A stretch of DNA of 35,434 nt from the NCBI GenBank assembly GCA_019661795.1, contig JAIFWQ010000001.1, positions 1 to 35,434 on the forward strand, read 5' to 3'. A program made the position numbers and the translations under genes. Shown here one piece after another: positions 1-8,835 of the stretch (positions are counted from its first letter, which is position 1; every line of letters begins with the position of its first letter). This DNA is from Candidatus Parcubacteria bacterium. Lineage in GTDB: Bacteria > Patescibacteriota > Minisyncoccia > Phycocordibacterales > UBA6065. A model generated the notes under the pieces. The model saw only the letters and a list, made by a program, of their open reading frames with translations. It was not told where the DNA came from and did no database searches.

Positions 1-81
1 GGAGGAGTTCTCGGCTTTATCAAGCCGACAGCGTTCGCTCTCAAGCCTTCGGATATCATCCTCGTCGTCTGTCCGCGGTAG
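1..81 (+). CDS. 3' end of an unidentified CDS cut by the window edge (...GFIKPTAFALKPSDIILVVCPR*)
   Basis: Frame 1 is open from base 1 to TAG at 79-81. It shows the C/G-ending codon bias of neighbouring genes better than the other two frames. A + strand terminator follows at 95-130. Confidence 0.3.
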   Translation, partial: GGVLGFIKPTAFALKPSDIILVVCPR

Positions 82-94
82 CTGGACGCCTTCG

Positions 95-130
95 GCCCTC
101 GCATAACTGTTATGCGAGGGCTTTTTCTTT
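95..130 (+). terminator. Rho-independent terminator
   Basis: 12-bp perfect stem GCCCTCGCATAA / TTATGCGAGGGC with loop CTG, followed by TTTTTCTTT. Confidence 0.7.
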
Positions 131-166
131 CAAAAAAGGCGAAAAATTGATACTGTAAGGGCCTAT

Positions 167-3100
167 ATGGCAGATCTTAAGAATCAAAAGCCCGCTTCCG
201 CGCCGGCTCCCAAGACCAAGCTCGTCGAGATAGAGGAGAAGATCCTCGCTTTTTGGGACAAAGAAGAGATATTCCAGAAATCGCTCGATAAGAAAGGCAA
301 AGAATTCGTCTTCTATGACGGCCCGCCGTTCGCGAACGGTCTGCCTCATTACGGACACATGCTCGCGAGCTTCATAAAAGACGCGATCCCGCGCTACAAG
401 ACGATGCAGGGATTCCATGTCCCGCGGCGCTGGGGCTGGGACTGCCATGGTCTGCCGGTCGAGACGCTCGTTGAAAAGGAGCTCGGGCTCAAGGCCAAAA
501 GCGACATCGTCGAATACGGCCTCGGAAAGTTCAACGACGTCGCCCGGGAAAGCGTCCTCCGCTATACGGACGAATGGCGCAAGCAGATACCGCGCATCGG
601 CCGCTGGGTGGATATGGACAACGACTATCGCACCATGGACGCGGCATACACCCAATCGGTATGGTGGGCGTTCAAGACGCTGTGGGACAAAGGCCTCGTC
701 TACGAAGGCTTTAAGTCCATGCAGATATGTCCGCGCTGCGGGACGACGCTCTCGAATTTCGAGGTCAATTTGGGATACAAAGACATAACCGACATTTCCG
801 TCTATGCGAAATTCAGGAGCAAGGACGATTCGAACGTCTATTTCATCGCCTGGACGACGACGCCGTGGACTCTGCCGGGGAATGTCGCTCTCGCTGTCGG
901 CGCGGATATCGACTACGCGCGAGTCGCTTTCGAAGGAGCGACGTACGTCGTCGCCCGGGACCGCGTCGCCGACGTATTCGCCGGCAAAGAGCATTCCCTC
1001 GAATCGGTGGTGAAGGGCGAAGACCTCGTCGGGATCGCGTACGAGCCGGTTTTTCCTTACTATGCCGACGATTCGCTTAAAAATTATGAGAACGGCTTCA
1101 AAATATACGCCGCCGATTTCGTGACGATCGAAGACGGAACGGGCATCGTCCACATCGCACCGGCGTTCGGCGATGACGACATGAAGCTTGGCGAACGGGA
1201 GAGCCTGCCTTTCATCCAGCATGTCGGCATGGACGGAAAATTCAAGAAAGAGGTCGCCGATTTCGCCGGCATGGACGTAAAGCCGAAAGACGATCATCAG
1301 AAGGCCGATGTCGAGATCATAAAATGGCTCGCGCGGCAGGGGCTTCTCTTCGACAAGAAGAAGATCATCCATCCATACCCTCATTGCTGGAGGTGCGAGA
1401 CGCCGCTCCTTAATTACGCTGCTTCGTCATGGTTCGTCCGCGTCACGGCGTTCAAAGACAAGCTCGCCGCAGCCAATAAAAAAATCTCATGGGTTCCCGG
1501 CGACATCCGCGACGGCAGATTCGGCAAATGGCTCGAAGGCGCGCGGGATTGGGCGATATCGCGCTCCCGATTCTGGGGCGCGCCTATTCCCGTATGGAAG
1601 GGAGTCGATTCAGGCAAGCTCTATCCGGTCGGTTCGATCGGCGACCTCGCCAAGCTCATAAAGAAGTCAGGCAATTCGTACCTCCTCATGAGGCACGGCG
1701 AATCGGAGGCCAACGCCAAAGGCGTTTCGAACGCGAACATAGACCTGTCGAACGGGTATCCTCTCACCGAAAAGGGCAGGCTCGAAGCCGCCGCCCAGGC
1801 AAAAAAGATCGCGGCGGAAGGCATCGACCTCATCATCGCCTCGGATTTCCTCCGGACGAAAGAGACCGCCCGCATCATCGCAGACGCCTGCGGCATTCCC
1901 GAGAACAAGATCATATACGACGTCCGCCTGCGCGAATACAACGTCGGCCCGGAAAGGGAAGGCAAGCTCTGGGCCGAGACCGACAAGCACGTCCGGACGC
2001 ACGGATTCTATCCCGGCATGGAAACTCCGGCGGAACTGAAGAAGCGCGTCTTCAAGGCGCTTTTCGATATCGACCGCGCGCATCAGGGAAAGAAGATACT
2101 CATCGTGAGCCACGGATCGCCTCTCAATACGATCATCCATGGCGTAGACGAAACGCCGAGCCAGGACAAAGTCCTCCATGACCAGAGGCGCCATTTCCAG
2201 ACGACCGGCGAATTGCGTCCGTTCGATTTCGTCCGCTTGCCCCATAACGAGGATTTCGACCTCGATCTTCATAGGCCATTCATCGATGACGTGGAATGCG
2301 TCGCTCCCGACGGCGAAAAGCTCGTCCGCGCGCCGGAGGTTTTCGACTGCTGGTTCGAATCCGGTTCAATGCCTTATGGCGAAGCCTGCTACAAAGGCAA
2401 AGCTCTGTCGCATTTCGATCCGAAGGGCAGACTCGGCGGCCTTCTCAAAAAGAAAGTCGGCTTTCCGGCGGATTTCATCGCCGAAGGTCTCGACCAGACC
2501 CGCGGTTGGTTCTATTCGATGATGGTTCTCGGCGTCGGAGTATTCGGCCAGAGCCCGTACAAGAACGTTGTCGTAAATGGTCTTATTTTGGACGAGAAGG
2601 GCGAGCACAAGCTCTCGAAGAGCCTCCAGAATTACCCCGATCCGATGAAGCTCGTCGGCACGTACGGCGCCGATTCTCTGCGCTATTATCTCCTTTCATC
2701 GCCGGTCGTCGCGGCGCAGGATCTCTGCTTTTCGGAAAAAGCCGTCGACGAAGTGTCGAAGAAGCTCATCCAGAGGCTCGATAACGTGCTCGCGTTCTAC
2801 GAAATGTATGCGGCGGATGCGAAGGGCAGTGAAATGAACAGCCGCGACGGCTTGAAAGCATCCGACAACGTCCTCGACCGATGGATCATCGAGCGCCTCC
2901 GCGAGACCCGCGACGAAACGACCAGATGGCTCGACCTCTATCAGCTTGACAAGGCCGCCCGGCCGATCATGTCGTTCGTCGACGATCTGTCGACATGGTA
3001 CCTGCGCCGTTCGCGCGACAGGTTCAAATCCGATGATCGGGCCGATAAAGAGGCGGCTCTTCGTACGACGAGATCCGTTTTCCGCCAGTTCGCCAAAATA

Positions 3101-3697
3101 TCCGCTCCATTCATGCCTTTCTATGCCGAATATCTTTTCGGCAGGGTGAAGCTCGCGTCCGATCCGGAGAGCGTGCATCTGTGCGACTGGCCGAAAGCCG
3201 AAAAATCCGACGCCAAGGTCGTGAAGGACATGGAAGAGACGCGCAGGCTCGTCACGCTCGCTCTCCAGGAGCGTTCGAAGGCGAATATAAAGGTGCGCCA
3301 GCCTTTGGCCAAGCTCTCCCTCAAGACGCCGTCGCTCGGATCCGAATTCATCGATCTCATACGAGAAGAAGTGAATGTGAAATCGGTCGAGTCGGACGAA
3401 AGCATCGCGGCCGAGACGCTCCTCGATACGAACGTCACCGAAAGCCTGCGCAAAGAAGGCGTCGTCCGCGACCTGATCCGCGCCATACAAGATCTGCGCA
3501 AAACGGAGGGGCTGTCGGTGGGGGACAAAGTCGCTCTTCTTCTCGATTCCGACGAGAAAGGCAAAGAGCTCGTCCATGCGTTCGCGCACGATGTCCGCCG
3601 GATCACGCTCGTCACAGGCATCGAATACGCCCATCTGCCTCATGCGTCGGAGCTCGCCATAGAAGAGCACCGATTCAGGATAGGATTGAAGAGATAA
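167..3697 (+). CDS. ileS: Isoleucyl-tRNA synthetase (class Ia) carrying an inserted histidine-phosphatase domain
   Basis: 1176-aa ORF. HIGH-type motif 'GLPHYGH', KMSKS-type motif 'KLSKS', editing-domain motif 'WTTTPWTLPGN', and 'DCWFESGSMPY'. An extra ~195-aa segment (about 1661-2262) carries RHGE and SHG phosphatase signatures (see findings). Confidence 0.96.
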   Translation: MADLKNQKPASAPAPKTKLVEIEEKILAFWDKEEIFQKSLDKKGKEFVFYDGPPFANGLPHYGHMLASFIKDAIPRYKTMQGFHVPRRWGWDCHGLPVETLVEKELGLKAKSDIVEYGLGKFNDVARESVLRYTDEWRKQIPRIGRWVDMDNDYRTMDAAYTQSVWWAFKTLWDKGLVYEGFKSMQICPRCGTTLSNFEVNLGYKDITDISVYAKFRSKDDSNVYFIAWTTTPWTLPGNVALAVGADIDYARVAFEGATYVVARDRVADVFAGKEHSLESVVKGEDLVGIAYEPVFPYYADDSLKNYENGFKIYAADFVTIEDGTGIVHIAPAFGDDDMKLGERESLPFIQHVGMDGKFKKEVADFAGMDVKPKDDHQKADVEIIKWLARQGLLFDKKKIIHPYPHCWRCETPLLNYAASSWFVRVTAFKDKLAAANKKISWVPGDIRDGRFGKWLEGARDWAISRSRFWGAPIPVWKGVDSGKLYPVGSIGDLAKLIKKSGNSYLLMRHGESEANAKGVSNANIDLSNGYPLTEKGRLEAAAQAKKIAAEGIDLIIASDFLRTKETARIIADACGIPENKIIYDVRLREYNVGPEREGKLWAETDKHVRTHGFYPGMETPAELKKRVFKALFDIDRAHQGKKILIVSHGSPLNTIIHGVDETPSQDKVLHDQRRHFQTTGELRPFDFVRLPHNEDFDLDLHRPFIDDVECVAPDGEKLVRAPEVFDCWFESGSMPYGEACYKGKALSHFDPKGRLGGLLKKKVGFPADFIAEGLDQTRGWFYSMMVLGVGVFGQSPYKNVVVNGLILDEKGEHKLSKSLQNYPDPMKLVGTYGADSLRYYLLSSPVVAAQDLCFSEKAVDEVSKKLIQRLDNVLAFYEMYAADAKGSEMNSRDGLKASDNVLDRWIIERLRETRDETTRWLDLYQLDKAARPIMSFVDDLSTWYLRRSRDRFKSDDRADKEAALRTTRSVFRQFAKISAPFMPFYAEYLFGRVKLASDPESVHLCDWPKAEKSDAKVVKDMEETRRLVTLALQERSKANIKVRQPLAKLSLKTPSLGSEFIDLIREEVNVKSVESDESIAAETLLDTNVTESLRKEGVVRDLIRAIQDLRKTEGLSVGDKVALLLDSDEKGKELVHAFAHDVRRITLVTGIEYAHLPHASELAIEEHRFRIGLKR

Positions 3698-3700
3698 CCC

Positions 3701-4204
3701 ATGTCGTACGCCGTCTACAATACCCGCGGCTTCATATTGGGGAGCGGCCCTTCAGGCGAAGCGTCGAAGCTCTATTCCATATACACGGAGGATTTCGGCC
3801 TGGTCCGCGCCAAAGCCCAGAGCGTGCGCCTGCTCCAATCGAAGCTCCGCTACAATCTCGAAGACTATTCGTTCTCCGCGGTCTCTCTCGTGAAAGGCAG
3901 GGAAGTCTGGAGGCTCACCGGCGCGGAGAATCTTTCGCAAAGATCGAACGACCTCCTCATCCGGGCGAGAACGCTCAATCTGATCCGCAGGCTCGTCCAG
4001 GGCGAAGAGAAGAACGAAGATCTGTTCGACGCGCTCCTTCTTCTTGAATCAGATGCTGCAGGCGCGACTGCTCCGTCGGAAGCTCTCATTCTGTCCCATG
4101 CGCTCTCGGCCCTCGGCTATCTCGATCTCGCGGCGCTCGAAGGCAAGAGCGAGAGGGAAAGGATACTCGCGATCAATAAGGCTCTCAAAGAGACCCAGCT
4201 CTAA
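3701..4204 (+). CDS. recO: Short RecO-like DNA repair protein (N-terminal OB-fold type, no obvious zinc-finger C-terminus)
   Basis: 167 aa. The N-terminus 'GFILGSGPSGEASKLYSIYTEDFGLVRAKAQSVRLLQSKLRYNLEDYSF' follows the usual RecO OB-fold pattern (GxVL..xxxGExdxxxxxxTxxxGxxxxxAkgxr). It starts 3 nt after the ileS stop. Confidence 0.5.
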   Translation: MSYAVYNTRGFILGSGPSGEASKLYSIYTEDFGLVRAKAQSVRLLQSKLRYNLEDYSFSAVSLVKGREVWRLTGAENLSQRSNDLLIRARTLNLIRRLVQGEEKNEDLFDALLLLESDAAGATAPSEALILSHALSALGYLDLAALEGKSERERILAINKALKETQL

Positions 4205-4227
4205 AGCGGCGATGCGAAATCGCCGCG

Positions 4228-4236
4228 TGTTATAAT
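4228..4236 (+). promoter_or_regulatory. Extended -10 promoter element (TGTTATAAT) 6 nt upstream of the ATG; candidate leaderless transcript
   Basis: TATAAT at 4231-4236 preceded by TGn. The ATG of the next CDS is at 4243. No SD-like sequence lies between them. Confidence 0.4.
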
Positions 4237-4242
4237 CTTTTC

Positions 4243-6180
4243 ATGTTCGAATCTGACAAGAGAAGCCCTTTGGAACGCCTCAAAAAGGGCCTGTATTCGA
4301 GAAATGCCAAAGAATCCGAAGCGCCGCGTCACGATATCCATATCGGGCGCTCGAATGTGTCCGAATCATGGGACGCCCCGAACGGGACCGAAGGCCCTGC
4401 GGACGACAAGCCGATCGAAGTGACCCCTGAAAGGCGCTATGCCTACAAGATCGCCTTCATCTGCTCGGCGCTCTTTCTCGTGGCCGCATTCGCCATAGCC
4501 GCCTACACCTTTTTCGGCGGCGGCAACTACATATCCGTCGAGAACGTCGACATCCAGGTCGAAGGCCCGTCATCCGTCGCGGGAGGCGAGCCTCTTTCGA
4601 TCGACGTATCGGTCGCGAACAAGAATCAGACCGACATCGACCTCGTCGACCTCGTCGTCGAATTCCCTCAAGGCACGAAGGATCCATCGAATCCGGCCAA
4701 AGACCTGTCCCGCATCAGGGTGTCTCTCGGCGACATCGGATCGCAATCGGTCGTCCAGAAGCCGTTCTCGGCCCTCATGTTCGGGCGCGAAGGCGAGGTG
4801 CGCGACATAAAGCTCACGGCCGAATACCGCACGGCCGATTCGAACGCCATTTTCTTCAAAGAGAAGATCTATCACGTGACGATATCCTCGTCGCCCGTCC
4901 TCGTTCTCGTCGACGCTCTCGACAAGGTGCTCGGCGGCGAGGCGTTCGACGTGACGATCACGGTGTCCTCCAACACGACCGCGCCGGTGAAGGACGTGCT
5001 CCTGTCGCTCGACTATCCGTTCGGCTTTTCGGTCATATCATCCGATCCCCAGGCGACGTACGGCGATAACGTCTGGCGCATCGGCGACCTCGCTCCCGGA
5101 TCCAAGCGTATGATCAAGCTCCGCGCCACGGCGACCGGCCAGGACGGGGAAGACAGGACGGTGCACGCGAGCGTCGGCATACAGAGCGCCGGCAACGAGC
5201 GCGAGATAGCGACGACGATCATAACCCAGGATCACACGTTCACTATCGAAAAACCGTTCCTCGGGCTCGACCTCGCTCTCGACGGACAGCGCGGCGATCT
5301 CGCGGCGGACGCGGGAAGGACCGTGCATGCGGACGTCATATGGACGAACAACAGCGGCACCCAGATCACGAACGCCCGCATAACGGCCAAGCTCGGCGGG
5401 AGCGCGCTCGACAAGAATTCCGTATCCGTCGACAACGGCGGCTTCTATGATTCGCTCACCAATACGATCACGTGGGAAGCCGGACGGACGGCGGGGCTCG
5501 ACACCATCGCTCCCGGCGACGACGGCAGGGTCGGTTTCTCGGTCGCGTCGACGCAGTCGGCTCCGAATCAGTCGCGTTCCGCCATCGATCCGGTCATCAC
5601 CATCGCCGTCTCCGTTTCGGGCAGCCGCACGGACGAAGCGGGCACGCCTCAATCTATAAATACCGCCGTCAGCCGGTCCATAAAGCTCCTTTCCAATCTC
5701 GGCATATCGTCCCGAGCCGTCTATTCGCAGGGTCCGTTCAAAAATAGCGGGCCGGTCCCTCCGAAAGTCGATCAGGCGACGACCTACACCATCGTCTGGA
5801 CAGTGACGAACACTTCGAATACCATCACAGGAGCGAAGGTGACGGCGACTCTGCCTCCGTATGTGGCTTGGACGGGGAACATAAGCCCTACGGGAGCCGA
5901 TATCAGCTATGACCAAAAGGGCGGCACGATCGTCTGGAACATCGGCGAAGTGCCGCGGAACGCGGATATAGGGTCGGGCGCCAAGCAGGTGGCCTTCCAG
6001 ATATCGCTCAAGCCTTCCGCGAACCAGGCCGGAACGGTTCCCGAGCTCGTCGGCCAGGCGTCGGTCTCGGGTACGGACGTGTTCACCGGCGCAGCGGCCA
6101 AAAATGCGGCCGGCAGCCTTTCAACGAGGATATCGACGGATCTCTTATACAAAGCGGGAGACGAAATCGTCCAAAAATAA
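4243..6180 (+). CDS. Type II membrane-anchored envelope protein with four CARDB/DUF11-like beta-sandwich modules; function unknown
   Basis: 645 aa. Charged N-terminus, then one TM helix 'IAFICSALFLVAAFAIAAYTFF'. Four similar modules follow, for example 'GEPLSIDVSVANKNQTDIDL', 'GEAFDVTITVSSNTTAPVKD', 'GRTVHADVIWTNNSGTQITN', 'TTYTIVWTVTNTSNTITGAK'. Confidence 0.8.
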   Translation: MFESDKRSPLERLKKGLYSRNAKESEAPRHDIHIGRSNVSESWDAPNGTEGPADDKPIEVTPERRYAYKIAFICSALFLVAAFAIAAYTFFGGGNYISVENVDIQVEGPSSVAGGEPLSIDVSVANKNQTDIDLVDLVVEFPQGTKDPSNPAKDLSRIRVSLGDIGSQSVVQKPFSALMFGREGEVRDIKLTAEYRTADSNAIFFKEKIYHVTISSSPVLVLVDALDKVLGGEAFDVTITVSSNTTAPVKDVLLSLDYPFGFSVISSDPQATYGDNVWRIGDLAPGSKRMIKLRATATGQDGEDRTVHASVGIQSAGNEREIATTIITQDHTFTIEKPFLGLDLALDGQRGDLAADAGRTVHADVIWTNNSGTQITNARITAKLGGSALDKNSVSVDNGGFYDSLTNTITWEAGRTAGLDTIAPGDDGRVGFSVASTQSAPNQSRSAIDPVITIAVSVSGSRTDEAGTPQSINTAVSRSIKLLSNLGISSRAVYSQGPFKNSGPVPPKVDQATTYTIVWTVTNTSNTITGAKVTATLPPYVAWTGNISPTGADISYDQKGGTIVWNIGEVPRNADIGSGAKQVAFQISLKPSANQAGTVPELVGQASVSGTDVFTGAAAKNAAGSLSTRISTDLLYKAGDEIVQK

Positions 6181-7548
6181 ATGAAGCACGAATCGAAGAA
6201 AAAAGAAGGCGAGAGCGCCGTGATGGAGAACATGATATCGCTCGCGAAGCGGCGCGGCTTCATATTCCAGGGTTCCGAGATATACGGCGGCCTCGCCGGC
6301 ACGTGGGACTACGGCCCGCTCGGCGTCGCCCTCAAAAATAACGTCAAAAACCTCTGGTGGAAGAGGTTCGTCGCCGACCGCGAAGACATGTACGGCATGG
6401 ACGCGGCCATTCTCATGAATCAGAACGCGTGGAAGGCATCGGGCCACGTCGCCGGGTTTTCCGACCCTCTCGTCGAATGCGAGAAATGCAAAAGGCGCTT
6501 CCGGGCCGACCAGCTCGACGCCGAAGCGCGCGAAAAGAGGAAATGCCCCGAATGCGGCGGCAAGCTCGGCGCCGAAAAGCAGTTCAATATGATGTTCAAG
6601 ACTCACGTCGGCGCCTCGGAAGACGCGGCGGCGGTGTCGTATCTGCGCCCCGAAACAGCGCAGGGCATGTTCGTCAATTTCAAGAACATCATCGACGCGT
6701 TCCATCCCAAGCTCCCGTTCGGCATGGCCCAGATAGGCAAGGCGTTCAGGAACGAGATCGCGCCGCGCGATTTCATATTCCGTACCCGTGAATTCGAGCA
6801 GATGGAGATCGAATATTTTGTCGATCCGAAGGATTGGAAAGATACCTTCGAACATTTCATACGGGAAGTCCGCGCGTTCACGGCCGACGTCGGCCTGCCG
6901 AAAGAGAAAGTCCACGAATACGAAGTACCGGGGGATTCGCTCGCGCATTATTCCAAGCGTACCGTCGACTTCGAATTCGACTATCCGTTCGGCAAAAAAG
7001 AGCTCTACGGCCTCGCATATCGCACCGATTTCGACCTGAAAGCCCATTCGGCTACCTCCGGCGTCGACCTTTCATACTATGACGAAGAAGCGAAAGCCCG
7101 CTTCGTGCCGCACGTTATCGAGCCGTCGTTCGGCGTCGACCGCACCGTCCTCGCCGTGCTCTCTGAAGCGTATCGCGAAGACGAGCTCGGCGGCGAGAAG
7201 CGCGTCTATCTCAAGCTCGCGCCTTCTGTCGCTCCGATCAAAGCCGCCGTATTCCCGCTCCTCAAAAATAAAGACGCGCTCACCGCGAAAGCCCGCGAGA
7301 TATATCAGGTCCTGCGCAAAGAATTCGCCAAAGGCTCGGGCGGCGTCGAATACGACGAGGTCGGATCCATAGGCAAGCGCTACCGCCGGCAGGACGAGAT
7401 CGGCACGCCGTACTGCGTCACCATCGACTTCGACACCATCGAAAAAGACGGCAGTCCCGTCACGGTGCGCGACAGGGATACGGGAACGCAGGAAGCGATA
7501 CCTCTCAAGGACCTCGTCTCGTTCCTTTCGCAGAAACTGAATCGATAA
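6181..7548 (+). CDS. glyQS: Glycyl-tRNA synthetase, dimeric class II (GlyQS type)
   Basis: 455 aa. 'RRGFIFQGSEIYGGLAGTWDYGPLG', 'YLRPETAQGMFVNF', 'FRNEIAPRDFIFRTREFEQMEIEYF' (class II motifs) and 'GKRYRRQDEIGTPYCVTID'. The start abuts the upstream stop. An alternative in-frame ATG lies at 6223. Confidence 0.95.
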   Translation: MKHESKKKEGESAVMENMISLAKRRGFIFQGSEIYGGLAGTWDYGPLGVALKNNVKNLWWKRFVADREDMYGMDAAILMNQNAWKASGHVAGFSDPLVECEKCKRRFRADQLDAEAREKRKCPECGGKLGAEKQFNMMFKTHVGASEDAAAVSYLRPETAQGMFVNFKNIIDAFHPKLPFGMAQIGKAFRNEIAPRDFIFRTREFEQMEIEYFVDPKDWKDTFEHFIREVRAFTADVGLPKEKVHEYEVPGDSLAHYSKRTVDFEFDYPFGKKELYGLAYRTDFDLKAHSATSGVDLSYYDEEAKARFVPHVIEPSFGVDRTVLAVLSEAYREDELGGEKRVYLKLAPSVAPIKAAVFPLLKNKDALTAKAREIYQVLRKEFAKGSGGVEYDEVGSIGKRYRRQDEIGTPYCVTIDFDTIEKDGSPVTVRDRDTGTQEAIPLKDLVSFLSQKLNR

Positions 7549-7553
7549 GGCTC

Positions 7554-8822
7554 ATGAATTTCAAAAAGACTATCCTTACGAACGGCGTGCGGATCGTCAC
7601 CGCGCCTTTGCCGGGCAACCCGACCGCGACCGTTCTGGTCACCGTCGGCACCGGCTCCTTCTATGAAGCGCCGGAACAGGGCGGTATTTCGCATTTTTTG
7701 GAGCACGCCTGTTTCAAGGGCACTTCCAAAAGGCCTTCCGCAAAACACATAACGACCGAGCTCGATACCATCGGCGCGATCTATAACGCCTTCACTTCGA
7801 AAGATATCACCGGATATTGGTCCAAGGCCGACGCCAAGCATTTCGGCCGCATCGCCGACATCGTCGCCGACATATTCAAGAATTCGACCTTTCCCGAAAA
7901 AGAGATCGAAAAAGAGAAAGGCGTGGTCATAGGCGAGATCGACATGTATGCGGACGATCCGCAGGAGAAGATCGGCGAAGCCTTGCTCAAGCATATGTAT
8001 AAAGGCCAGCCGGGGGAGCGCGAGGTGCTCGGAACCAAAGAGACCGTCCGCGCCATCACCCGCGACGCGCTCGTCGCATATCGAAGATCCCAATATACCG
8101 GCCCGAACGTCGTCGTCACCATCGCGGGCGGTGTGCCGGAAAAAGACATGCTCGCCTGGGCGGAGACGAATTTCGCCGATCTCGACGCTGCGCCAGCGAA
8201 TCCGGAATTCCCCACGAAAGACAGGCGGCAGGAAGGTCCCGAGACCGTTTTCATAGATAAGGATACCGATCAGGCGCATGTCGTCATGGCGTGGAGGACG
8301 TTCGACAGGCTCAACCCCGACCGCTATGCGGCGAGCGTCGTCAAAAATATCCTTCGCGGCGGCATGAGTTCGCGCCTTTTCATACGATTGCGCGATGAAA
8401 TGGGTTCCGGCTATTACGTTTCGGCCAACCATTCGCTTCATGCGAGCTTCGGCTTCTTTGCCATATCGACGGGCACGACTCACGAACGGGTTCCAGAGAT
8501 CGTATCGGCGATCATAGAGGAGACCGAAAGGCTCAAGACGGAGCCGGTGCCTCTCCATGAGCTTGAAAAGGTGAAGGAATTCATCCGCGCTCATCGTTTG
8601 ATGTCGCTCGAGACTTCGGACGACGTCGCGGAGTATTGCGCCGAACAGGAGACGCTCAAAAAGAACATCATGTCGCCCGAGGAATTGGACGCCGTATACG
8701 CGGAGATAACGGCCGAAGACGTCATGCGCGTCGCCCGGAAGATGTTCGATGGCGCGAAGCTCACCGCCGCCGCTATCGGAAAGGGGATAGATAAAGAAGC
8801 GGTCAAAAAGGCGATATCGTAG
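7554..8822 (+). CDS. M16-family (insulinase/pitrilysin-like) zinc peptidase
   Basis: 422 aa. Inverted zinc motif HxxEH in 'GISHFLEHACFKGT' near the N-terminus. Two-domain length is typical of M16. Confidence 0.88.
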   Translation: MNFKKTILTNGVRIVTAPLPGNPTATVLVTVGTGSFYEAPEQGGISHFLEHACFKGTSKRPSAKHITTELDTIGAIYNAFTSKDITGYWSKADAKHFGRIADIVADIFKNSTFPEKEIEKEKGVVIGEIDMYADDPQEKIGEALLKHMYKGQPGEREVLGTKETVRAITRDALVAYRRSQYTGPNVVVTIAGGVPEKDMLAWAETNFADLDAAPANPEFPTKDRRQEGPETVFIDKDTDQAHVVMAWRTFDRLNPDRYAASVVKNILRGGMSSRLFIRLRDEMGSGYYVSANHSLHASFGFFAISTGTTHERVPEIVSAIIEETERLKTEPVPLHELEKVKEFIRAHRLMSLETSDDVAEYCAEQETLKKNIMSPEELDAVYAEITAEDVMRVARKMFDGAKLTAAAIGKGIDKEAVKKAIS

Positions 8823-8828
8823 TATCAT
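8823..8828 (+). promoter_or_regulatory. -10-like hexamer TATCAT 7 nt upstream of the ATG (candidate leaderless start)
   Basis: TATCAT at 8823-8828 and ATG at 8836. It overlaps the end of the upstream gene. Confidence 0.3.
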
Positions 8829-8835
8829 AGAACCG

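Noticed and set aside
110-1384. 424-aa ORF on the - strand antisense to ileS. Similar long antisense ORFs occur at 2696..3670, 5038..5916, 6145..7047, 22650..23285 and 31206..31922.
   Set aside because: Each lies entirely opposite a CDS with unambiguous family motifs. The translations are Arg/Asp/Glu/Pro-rich low-complexity sequence, as expected from stop-poor antisense frames of GC-rich, GC3-biased genes.
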